The position numbers and the translations under genes were made by a program. DNA of 64,000 nucleotides. Source: a virus (taxonomy: Duplodnaviria > Caudoviricetes). The stretch lies in the IMG/VR virus record IMGVR_UViG_3300036971_000130. The stretch is one strand, 5' to 3'. Shown here piece after piece: positions 1 through 9,300 of this stretch; position 1 is the stretch's first letter; each line of letters begins with the position of its first letter. A model generated the notes under the pieces. That model did not search any database, was not told the DNA's origin, and was given only the letters and a program-made list of their open reading frames with translations.

Positions 1-1
1 G

Positions 2-1213
2 TCCCGGAAGGACGGAACTCAGAGTGAGGTTCGTCAGTACGGCTTCAGGGTCTCTCGTGCCACCTTCGAGGCCGTCATCGGCAATGAACGTCCCGGAGCC
101 GCATTCAACGAACTGGTCAAGGGACAGGCCGCCCGCATCGGCGTCTCCAAGTGCGACAAGTGCGCTCGCTTCATGCCCGCCGACGGCTCGAACCACGTCT
201 GCCCGACCGTCGAGTCCGACCGCCTCACCACGCCGACCGCAGCCAACCGTCTCTACGAGCAGGCTGCCCGTGCACGCCTCGCATCCTACGAGGATGCGAG
301 CACTCCCGAGGTCAAGAACCCGACCGCTGACGAGGCCGCTGCGGCTCTTGCATCGGTCCCGGAGGCCGACTCCTTCCACGTTCACGAGGACGGGACGAAG
401 GAGTGGAGGGACGCTGACGGCCAGCCGATCAAGGTCGATGGAACCCCTTCCTTCGATGAGGCCGACCGTGCTGTCGCTGAGGCGGCTGCCGCTTCCAGGA
501 TGGCCGAGATCGAGGCTGCTGACCGCATCGCCGCAGCGAAGAAGGCCGGTGACGAGGCGAAGGCCACCGTCGCCGCTCGTGAGCGCAAGGAGCGCCAGGA
601 GAAGCGGACTGCCGAGCGTGCTGCGAAGGAAGCCGCTGAGGCTGCCCGTCACCCCGCTCGTGTGGCTGCCCACACCTTGATCGGCCCTCAGGCTGGCGAC
701 TCCGACCCGAAGCTCATGGTCTCCCTCGCCGGAGGCACCCCGCTGGCAGGAGCCACGGTCCACGGTCGTCGAGGGTTCATCACCGACTCGATCGGAGTTC
801 TCGGACCGCACTCTGGCGCTCAGTACGGCCAGGTGCAGCAGCCGAGCAGCGGAATCCTCACGGTCGACGGCATCCCCAACGACGAGGCAAGCCGCCTGCT
901 CGACACGCTTCCCGCAGGGAACCTGGACGCCTCGCTGAACGCCGCTCCGACGGCCCGTCAGTTCCTCACCGCCGCCCGCAACAGCGGTGGCAAGATCGAG
1001 GTCGGTGGCGTTGTCGTCATGCCGAACATGCGTCACGAGGGGTTCTACCCCGACACCGCCACCGTCTACGCTGAGACCGAGGCGGAGGCCCGTGAGATCA
1101 TCGGGTTCTCCCTCCCCGATGCTCGTCCGAGCGACGTGGTCACCGGGTTCACCGAGACCCCGTGGCGTCCGGGCGAGACCGCCTACCAGTTCGTCTGGAC
1201 TGCGAAGGACTGA
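2..1213 (+). CDS. 5'-truncated hypothetical protein with KTSC-like segment and CxxC..HxC zinc finger
   Basis: Frame is open from nt 2 (SRKDGTQSEVRQYGFRVSRATFEAVIGNERPGAAFNELVKG..KCDKCARFMPADGSNHVCP), so the listed ATG at 173 lies inside the zinc finger. Y..V...FE..+....PG.AFN..VK resembles KTSC. Confidence 0.6.
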   Translation, partial: SRKDGTQSEVRQYGFRVSRATFEAVIGNERPGAAFNELVKGQAARIGVSKCDKCARFMPADGSNHVCPTVESDRLTTPTAANRLYEQAARARLASYEDASTPEVKNPTADEAAAALASVPEADSFHVHEDGTKEWRDADGQPIKVDGTPSFDEADRAVAEAAAASRMAEIEAADRIAAAKKAGDEAKATVAARERKERQEKRTAERAAKEAAEAARHPARVAAHTLIGPQAGDSDPKLMVSLAGGTPLAGATVHGRRGFITDSIGVLGPHSGAQYGQVQQPSSGILTVDGIPNDEASRLLDTLPAGNLDASLNAAPTARQFLTAARNSGGKIEVGGVVVMPNMRHEGFYPDTATVYAETEAEAREIIGFSLPDARPSDVVTGFTETPWRPGETAYQFVWTAKD

Positions 1214-1219
1214 GTCGAC

Positions 1220-1250
1220 AGAGGGGCCGGATCATTGATCCGGCCCCTCT
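1220..1250. terminator. Bidirectional intrinsic terminator
   Basis: Perfect 14-bp inverted repeat AGAGGGGCCGGATC-att-GATCCGGCCCCTCT between convergent genes. Confidence 0.85.
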
Positions 1251-1253
1251 TGT

Positions 1254-2085
1254 TCACCAGTAGACCACGTCGACGAGAGCGTCCGGGTGACAGTAGATGC
1301 TGTCCTCGGACTCGAATGGGTAGTCGCACCCGTAGACGAAGGTGTAGCCGGGGTCTTCGAGGTCGATCTCGATGGAGCAGGGGACCACGCCGTCGACGAC
1401 GATCTTCCGACCGGCGATCAGGTCAGCGACGACATGACGAGCGGGAACCGAAACCATCTTCTCGATCCGGTACTTCTGGGGGGTTTCGCTGGGTCTGGCC
1501 GAAGGGGACCTTGCTCCTGAATCCATCCTCGTCACCGACCCGCCCCTGCTTCACCAGATAGTCCAGAGCGGTCTTGGTCAGACCGTCCACCGACCGCTGG
1601 TCATGGACCTTGGTCCGGGCGACGAGACCGTCGACCGTGAAGAAGACGCCGTCGATCTCGTTCACGACGACGGAGTTCCCAGCGGAGGTCGTGACGATGT
1701 CACCGGTCTCGAAGTTCTCCGAGTCGAACCAGAAGTCGAAGGAGATCGACTCTCTGTTCGGAGCGTCGAGGAACCCGAGAGCGGAGATGTCAACGCCCTC
1801 TGACGTGACGTTGTCGTCGAGACGGAAGCCCATCGGCGTCATGGACGATCCGACGATCTGACCGTCGATGACGAGGTCACCGGAAGCGGTGAGGCGAACG
1901 TCGCCGTTGACCGGGACGGTACCGGGGTCGTCCATGATGGCAAGACCCCCGTTGTGGTCGAGGGCGACGATCGCCGTGTTCCACTTGGCACCATTCACCT
2001 TGTCGTGCCCTCTGACGAGGGCAGCGAAAGACCCGGTGGAGGGGACGTAGACGACGGGGAGGTTCAGGAGGTCGATCTTGCTCAT
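1254..2085 (-). CDS. Hypothetical protein, apparently frameshifted at a C6 run
   Basis: Removing one base of the G6 at 1478-1483 fuses ORFs 1423..2085 and 1254..1535 (..GQTQRNPQKYRIEKM..); GC-ending codon bias switches frame there. Confidence 0.55.
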
Positions 2086-2092
2086 GCCCTCA

Positions 2093-3364
2093 TCATGGGT
2101 GGTCGCTCACATCCACATCGACCCGCCGAATCCACGAGGGGGTCTCCGGGCCGACGCCGCCGACGGACGAGATCAGAGCGACAAGCGGCACCTTGGTAGG
2201 TGCGCCAGGCCACGGGGTCCATCCGTCGGTGAGGACGATGATGGCGGTCAGATCCTTGATCTTCTCCGCTTCTTCGATGCCGACCCTCATGTCGGTTCCT
2301 CCGTACCCCGCTCTCGTCCACAGCTTCTCGGTCTCGTCGGCGGTGTGGACCAACATCTGGGACTCGGAGTCGACGTGGAAGATCGAGATGTCCTCTGGAC
2401 GAGCCCCGGTCTGGGCGACGATCCCGAGCACTTCGGAACGGTACGTGATGGCTTCGTCCTCGTTCACCGAACCCGACTCGTCGATGACGACGGCGTACTT
2501 CGTCTTGGGCTTCTTCGAGCCTGGCATGATGATGCTCGGGAACGACGGGTTCCGACGCCGGGACCGCTTCGTTGCCGTCCTCACACCACGCCCTCTGCGG
2601 CCTACTACGACGCTCAGGAGGCTTCCGAGTAGGACTTTGCGCCAGTCAGCCTGAGAGGCCCTCTGGTGGCGTTCCAGAGCTTCTGAGAGGCCACCGGGGA
2701 CCGTTCCTCGTCCCTTGATGTGGGACTTGATGGCCTCCATCGTCTTGTCGATGACCCCCTGGAACTTCGTCTCGGTCCAAGCAGGAGCCGAAGCGTCCGA
2801 GTCGGGCAACTCGAAGGGGAGCGGGACACCGGTGGCACCCGATCCGCAACCCGAGTCGGGGACCGGACCATCGGGGTCGTCGTTGATCTCACGGAGGTGC
2901 CGCAGGTAGGTCTCGTAGGTCTGGTTGTTGTCGCAGCCGATCAGATGCGGGAGGACCGCATCCTCCATCTTCATGCCCATCTGGACCAGGTCGTCGTTGA
3001 TCTCTGCGTCAGCAGCCAGATTCGAGAGGTAGGCGTCCCTGCCTGGCTTCACGTTCATGCGCTTCCCACGACCTCCGTGCTCACGGACGATGTGGGAGCA
3101 CTCGTGAATCAGATCCTCGATGGCTCGCTGGGGGTCGAAGTAGGAGTCGAAGTCGATGTAGCAGCGGCCCTTGTAGTCCACCGCCATCGTTCCCAGGCCA
3201 GGCGTGTTCACGTACGTGAAGCTGAACAGGATCGTGGCGAAGTACGGCGTGAAGACCGGGGCGTCAGGCCCTCCCGAGACGGCTTGGGTGCGCCAGTTCC
3301 TCAGCTTCGTCACCTGCTCGGGGGAGAGCTTCGTGGTGCTCTGAGTCATGCTGGTTCGGGTCAT
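2093..3364 (-). CDS. Metallopeptidase-like + VWA domain protein (DUF2201-type MoxR partner)
   Basis: TMAVD..G, HECSH (HExxH), NLAADAEIND, DCGSG-like SGCGSGA, MIDAS VIDESGS, GGTDM, VLTDG.TPWP. Confidence 0.9.
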   Translation of the reverse strand: MTRTSMTQSTTKLSPEQVTKLRNWRTQAVSGGPDAPVFTPYFATILFSFTYVNTPGLGTMAVDYKGRCYIDFDSYFDPQRAIEDLIHECSHIVREHGGRGKRMNVKPGRDAYLSNLAADAEINDDLVQMGMKMEDAVLPHLIGCDNNQTYETYLRHLREINDDPDGPVPDSGCGSGATGVPLPFELPDSDASAPAWTETKFQGVIDKTMEAIKSHIKGRGTVPGGLSEALERHQRASQADWRKVLLGSLLSVVVGRRGRGVRTATKRSRRRNPSFPSIIMPGSKKPKTKYAVVIDESGSVNEDEAITYRSEVLGIVAQTGARPEDISIFHVDSESQMLVHTADETEKLWTRAGYGGTDMRVGIEEAEKIKDLTAIIVLTDGWTPWPGAPTKVPLVALISSVGGVGPETPSWIRRVDVDVSDHP

Positions 3365-3416
3365 CTTGCTATCATGGGTTGTCGGGTGCCGGACGGTGGC
3401 TACCCATGATAGGACG

Positions 3417-4481
3417 ATGGACGTGGACGGTCACGATACCCCCGAACTCAGGATGGAGTTCTGCCCGATTCAGCGGAGGGACATCTACGACGGGTACAGA
3501 GCAGGCAGGCTGACGGTCAAGGCGCAGACGATCGCTGCCTGGATGACCAACGGCAACCTGTTCATGGCCGATATGGCTGACGGGGCACCGTTCACCATCG
3601 ACCCGATCGAGTTCGAGGAACGATTCCCAGCCGACCTTCGCATCGTGATGTCGAGCTACCAGGCGATGGAAGCCGTCATCAACGCCTGCACGATCGCTGG
3701 GGTCAGTGACGCTCGTCGTCGACTCACCGTGTTCGCTGATCTCGCTGTGAGCAACAGCTTCCTGACCCTCGAAGACATCGTCTCGAACCGGTGGATGATC
3801 CCCGGCATCGAACGGCCGACGATGACGGAGTGGAAGCAGGCGTTCGGCATCGTCTCGTCCGGGGTCAATGGGATCGTGCAGATGTTCGACAAGGCCACCG
3901 ACTCGACTTCGTCGGTGCAGGCGAACAAGGCCGACTGGCGAAGAAACCTCAGCGACTACGAGACAAGGATCTGGCGTTCGTCGAAGTACACCGGCGTCCG
4001 CTCGGCAATGAACGTCTACTCGGGGATGCTGGCGATCCACTCGATCTGGTCCGCACAGTGCCGTCTCGATCCGATCAGGTACCGGGAGTCCCTCGTCACC
4101 GGAGACACCGTCGTCTGGACCCCGACGTTGACCGTCGGACGTGAGCACATCGGCACAGTCACCACCCCATGCAAGATGAGGCCAGGGCGGTCGGTCTGGT
4201 GCTACGTTCCCGACTCGGAGAGGTGGTACTTCGACGGGGTGTCTCAGTCCTTCGACATCGACGATCACGGCAACACGCTCATGTCGGTGAAGTTCAAGAC
4301 CAACGAGCCGCCGAACGGCACCCAGATGTTCGTCTCCGAGAAGCCCTACATCGCCATCGACTTCAGCAAGATGGAGGGGCCGAAGTGGGACGACACCCGA
4401 TCGTCGATCCACCGGACTGGCGGTCGGACCATCCCGACTCACGTCGTCGTTGCAGGAGGCTCCGGTGCTAAGTCTCGCTGA
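3417..4481 (+). CDS. Hypothetical protein coupled to the SF1 helicase
   Basis: Long GC3-biased ORF; start re-called at ATG 3417, 6 nt after CATGAT; overlaps the helicase start. Confidence 0.7.
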   Translation: MDVDGHDTPELRMEFCPIQRRDIYDGYRAGRLTVKAQTIAAWMTNGNLFMADMADGAPFTIDPIEFEERFPADLRIVMSSYQAMEAVINACTIAGVSDARRRLTVFADLAVSNSFLTLEDIVSNRWMIPGIERPTMTEWKQAFGIVSSGVNGIVQMFDKATDSTSSVQANKADWRRNLSDYETRIWRSSKYTGVRSAMNVYSGMLAIHSIWSAQCRLDPIRYRESLVTGDTVVWTPTLTVGREHIGTVTTPCKMRPGRSVWCYVPDSERWYFDGVSQSFDIDDHGNTLMSVKFKTNEPPNGTQMFVSEKPYIAIDFSKMEGPKWDDTRSSIHRTGGRTIPTHVVVAGGSGAKSR

Positions 4482-5769
4482 AGCCAAGTCCATCGTCCCT
4501 GGGATCACCGGGAAAACCAAGGACCGACCAGCCTCCTACCGCAACGCTGGTCCCCGCCTGAGGGACCTGGAAGCTGGCTCTGTCGCCGCCAAGGCCCTCT
4601 ACGACGTGTGGTCTGGCAACCCGTTGGTCATCATCGACTCGCCTCCTGGCGCTGGCAAGACCGAGACGATCGCAACCATCGTCTCGCACCTCGTCATGCA
4701 CTCGAACCCGCCTCTGCGGATCGGTGTTGTCGCTGGGACCAAGAACCAGATCGTGGGCATCGCAAACCGCCTGACAAACCACCTCAGCACGGACTTCATC
4801 CACCTGTTCATGTCCGGCGACGTACCCGGAGACATCGACCCGATGATCCCGGTGTTCTCGTCGAAGGGCACCGTCTACGACCTCGAAGTCGAACGCATGG
4901 GGAACGACATCGACCGCTGTGTGAAGCTGCGGACGCTGGCGTCGGTGTCGAAGTCCAAGGACGAGTTCGACATCCTCGTTGTCGACGAAGCGTACCAGGC
5001 GACCTGCTACAGCGTCCTCCTGGCGTCCCGCAAGACTGAGCAGCTTCTCCTTGTCGGTGATCCCGGCCAGATCGGTCCTGTGCAGCCCATCGACGATCGG
5101 CACTGGTCCGATCGAGACATGAACGTCTCCGATCGAGCGCCGACCCAGATGAAGCGTCGCCCCGAAGCCATCGTCCATCATCTCCGCAACTCGTACCGTC
5201 TCGGATCAGATACGGTCGACTGCATTCGTCCGCTCTACGGGTTCTCCTTCGACTCGGCCAACGTCGATCGTGAGGTCATCGGGAAGGCTGAGATCGAAGC
5301 GATCGAAGTGCCGGAAGCTGAAACGCTCACCGATCCGATCCTGATGTCCAAGGTCGCTTCTCACGCCGCTTCCCTGATCGGTTCAGTGATCCGAGACGAG
5401 GATGACGAGCGTCCGGCGACCACCGACGACATCGCCATCGTCGTACCGCAGAACGACCAGATCACGGCTCTCAGCAGCTACCTGAGCAAGCTGAAGATCC
5501 GTCGCATCACGATCGGGACCGCCAACTCGTTGCAGGGCGGCGAGTGGCCCATCGTGATCGCTGTCGACCCGATCCTCGGCGGGGAGGTGTCCGAGCACGC
5601 CATCGAGCCAGGGCGGCTCTGCGTCATGGCTTCCCGGCACTCGCACCACCTCTCCTGGTTCCACGACGGCACCTGGGAGGCCGCTCTCACCGAGGAACAG
5701 GAGCGCCTGACCGACCGGGACCGTGACCTGCTGATCGAGGTTCGGCGGAGGCTCTGCGCCCATCCATGA
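4465..5769 (+). CDS. Superfamily 1 (Upf1/DNA2-like) helicase / AAA ATPase
   Basis: SPPGAGKT (I), VVDEAYQ (II), VGDPGQIGP (III), SYRL (IV), TANSLQGGEW (V), MASRH (VI); GGAGG RBS before GTG 4465. Confidence 0.88.
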   Translation: MLSLAEAKSIVPGITGKTKDRPASYRNAGPRLRDLEAGSVAAKALYDVWSGNPLVIIDSPPGAGKTETIATIVSHLVMHSNPPLRIGVVAGTKNQIVGIANRLTNHLSTDFIHLFMSGDVPGDIDPMIPVFSSKGTVYDLEVERMGNDIDRCVKLRTLASVSKSKDEFDILVVDEAYQATCYSVLLASRKTEQLLLVGDPGQIGPVQPIDDRHWSDRDMNVSDRAPTQMKRRPEAIVHHLRNSYRLGSDTVDCIRPLYGFSFDSANVDREVIGKAEIEAIEVPEAETLTDPILMSKVASHAASLIGSVIRDEDDERPATTDDIAIVVPQNDQITALSSYLSKLKIRRITIGTANSLQGGEWPIVIAVDPILGGEVSEHAIEPGRLCVMASRHSHHLSWFHDGTWEAALTEEQERLTDRDRDLLIEVRRRLCAHP

Positions 5770-5776
5770 TGGGTGC

Positions 5777-6334
5777 ATGGCACTCAACGGCACCATCCAA
5801 CTTCCGTGGTCTGCGGGCAGCGACTTCGTGTCCAAGCTCCGCTGGGAGATGAACCTCGTCGGCATCGAGGATGTGAGGCTCTCACGGAAGATCGTGAAGT
5901 CGAACCAGGCCCGTCGTCGGCGTCTCCGGTCCATCCACAAGTTCCGGTCCCTCCCGGCCACCGGAGATCGTCCGGTTCGCTGGGATGGGGAGACCTCCTT
6001 CACCTACGGCGACATCACGGTGGCCTTCGATCGTTCGACATCCAAGATCACCGTGTCGGTCGACGGCCCTCGGACTCAGATCGACGACTTCCTCCTGCGT
6101 GGAGCGAACCCGCTCTGGAAGGCCCTCGTGCGTTCGCTCTCGGACGTGACGTGGACTCGCACCTCCGGCGGCACCATCGTGAACGGCAACGGACGGCCGA
6201 TCGTCCACTTCGGACCGAACGGTCCCGAGTTCCCGACGCCAGAGTGGATCTCCCGGACCCGGAAGTCCGGCCTGCACAAGCGCCGGACCGTGGTCACGAA
6301 GAAGCCCGGCTACAGCACCATCTACGGCGCTTGA
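5777..6334 (+). CDS. Hypothetical protein
   Basis: GC3-biased ORF with leaderless CATGAT-N6-ATG, followed by a terminator. Confidence 0.7.
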   Translation: MALNGTIQLPWSAGSDFVSKLRWEMNLVGIEDVRLSRKIVKSNQARRRRLRSIHKFRSLPATGDRPVRWDGETSFTYGDITVAFDRSTSKITVSVDGPRTQIDDFLLRGANPLWKALVRSLSDVTWTRTSGGTIVNGNGRPIVHFGPNGPEFPTPEWISRTRKSGLHKRRTVVTKKPGYSTIYGA

Positions 6335-6336
6335 AC

Positions 6337-6371
6337 GAAGAAGCCCCGGTCGCTGTGACCGGGGCTTCTTC
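6337..6371. terminator. Bidirectional intrinsic terminator
   Basis: GAAGAAGCCCCGGTC-gctgt-GACCGGGGCTTCTTC between convergent genes. Confidence 0.85.
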
Positions 6372-6392
6372 TTGTTCAGGCGCTAGCCCGGA

Positions 6393-9300
6393 TCACTCTC
6401 CGGCGTCGTTCTTCCGACGGCGGACGAGGACCAGACCTCCGAGGATCGAACCGAGGCCGATGAGCCCGATGAGTGCGATGCCAGCACCGGTCACCGGAAC
6501 CGGGATGCCCGGCTTGGAGGTGATCGGCGGAGCAGGCGTCGTCGGGGTGACGGGGACCGTCGTCGGCGGGTTCGTCGTCGGCGTGACCGGAGGAACCGTT
6601 GTCGGGGTGACCGGCGGCTCGACCGGCGGGACGACACCGGTGTAGTTGGCCGGGTCGTCGTCGGTCACCGACTCGTCGGGGTCGAGCGAGTTGGTGCCGG
6701 TGACGGTTCCGACGTTGGTGTACTGACCCTTGGTGACCACACCGGTGAGTTCGCAGGTGAACGACTCGCCAGCGGGCAGGTCCGTTGCGGGGCAGGTGAT
6801 GTCACCCTCGATGTCGTCGGTGACCTTCACGTCCACCAGGTCGGTCTCACCGACGTTGGTGACCACGTAGGTCCAGGTGACCTCGTCACCGACCGTGAGT
6901 TCGACACCGGGTGCCTCGTTGGCGTCGTCACCGTTGACGTACTTGACGATGGCGATGCCGACCTTCGGGCGGATGAGACCGAGGTCGATGGTGAGGTCCG
7001 ACTGACCGGAGGTCAGGGTCACCGTGGTCGTGAGGCCGTTGGAGTCGATCGTGCGATCGTCACCGGTCTCGGTCGACGTGATGACCATGCCAGCGGGGAG
7101 GTTGCTGAACGTGACCGTGTAGGTGCCGGGGATGAGTCCGGTGAACAGGTACTTGCCGTCGGCGTCGGTGGTCGTGGTAGCGACCTGATCGCCGTTGGCG
7201 TTGGTCAGCGTGACCGTGACACCCTGAACACCCGGCTCGTCGTTGTCCTGCTGGCCGTTGCCGTTCTCGTCAGCCCATACGGTGTCTCCGAGGGAGACGG
7301 GGCGAACGAGACCGAAGTCGATGGTGGTGTTGTTCTCACCGTCGGTGAGGGTCACATCATCGCTCGGACCGTTCGAGTCGGTGGCCGGATCGCCAACGTT
7401 GGTGTGCGTCGGGATCATGCCCTCGGGAGCCTCGAAGGTGACGGTGTAGTCGCCAGGAGGCAGGTTCTCGAACAGGTACTTGCAGTCGTCACCGGTGGTG
7501 GTGCGAGCAACCTCGTTGCCGTCGGCGTCGGTGAGGATGACGACGACACCAGGAACACCAGCTTCGCCTTCGTCCTGCTGGCCGTTGCCGTTCACGTCCT
7601 CCCAGACGCAGTCTCCGAGGGAGACGGGACGGTAGAGACCCAGGTCGATCGAGAGGTCCGTGTCCTCATCGGTCGGGAGGTTGACGGTGGTCATCAGGCC
7701 GTTGGAGTCGACCTCGGTGTCCGAACCAGCGGTGGTCGGGGAGAGGACGAACCCGTCGGGCGTGTCGCTGAAGGTGATGATGTACTCGCCGGGGGCGAGG
7801 CCCTCGAAGATGTACTTGCCGTCAGCGTCGGTGGTCGTGGTGGCCGTGTAGTTGTCCGGACCCTCGATGGTCACGGTGACGCCCTCGATGCCGGGCTCAT
7901 TCTCGTCCTGCACGCCGTTGGCGTTGAGGTCGTGCCAGACGAAGTCACCGACCGAGATCGGACGGTAGAGGCCGAGGTCGACGGTGCGGATGCGATCGCC
8001 GGAGACCAGCGTCAGGTCAGTGTTCTCGCCGTTCGAGTCGACTGCCCGATCCGTTCCGACCAGAGCCGGGGAGAGAGCGTAGCCATCGGGAGCGGTGAAG
8101 GTGACGGTGTAGTCGCCGGGGATCAGACCGGTGAAGATGTACAGGCCATCCTCGTCGGTGGTGGTCGTGTCGGTGAAGCCGTCAGCCCCGACGATGGTCA
8201 CGGTGACACCCTCGATGCCGTTCTCACCCTCGTCCTGCACGCCGTTGGCGTTGGAGTCACGCCAGACGTAGTCACCGACCGAAGCCGGACGGTAGAGGCC
8301 GAGGTCGACGGAGAGGTCCGACTCACCCATCGGCAGTTCGACCGTGGAGGTCACGCCGTTGGAGTCGGTTCCGGGATCGCCCACGTTGACCGGGGAGATG
8401 TTGTAGCCGTCGGGGACCGTGAAGGTCACCGTGTACTCACCGGGAGCGAGGTCGTCGAACAGGTACTCGCCGTTCTCGTCCGTGGTGGCCGTGGCGGTGA
8501 AGCCGTCGGGACCGGAGATGGTCACCGTGACACCCTCGATGCCAGGCTCGCCAGCATCCTGCACGCCGTTGGCGTTGGTGTCCTGCCACACGAAGTCACC
8601 GATGGTGCCGGGGACCCAGAGGCCGAGGTCGATGGTGTCGTCCTCATCGCCCGATTCGAGGGTCACCGTGGTGGTGAGACCGTCCGAGTCGGTGGCCGGG
8701 GTTCCAGCGCCCTCAGGCGACAGGTTGTGCGTGTCGGGCTTCGTGAAGGTGACGGTGTACTCACCCGGCACGAGGCCGGTGAAGGAGTACGCACCATCAG
8801 CGTCGGTGGTCGTGGTGGCGGTGAAGCCATCGGGACCGGTGACGGTCACGGTGACACCCTCGATGCCAGGCTCACCAGCATCCTGCACGCCGTTGGCGTT
8901 CGTGTCCTGCCAGACGAAGTCACCGATCGAAGCCGGGCGGTAGAGGCCCAGGTCGACGGTCAGGTTCGACTCGGAGTCGGCCAGGGTGACATCGACGCTG
9001 GTGCCATCGGAGTCGACAGCGTCGTCGGTGCCGACGTTGACCGGCGATGCGACGTAGCCAGCGGGGGCAACGAAGACGACCCGGTAGTCACCGGGGATGA
9101 GGCCGGTGAACAGGTACTCGCCGTTCTCGTCGGTGGTGGTCGTGGCGACCGTGAGGTTGCCGGACATGAGGTTCACGGTGACACCCTCGATGCCAGGCTC
9201 GTCAGCGTCCTGCACGCCGTTGGCGTTCAGATCCTCCCAGACGAAGTCTCCGACCTCGGCCGGGACGAAGGCACCGAGGTCGATGGTGTCGTCCTCGTCG

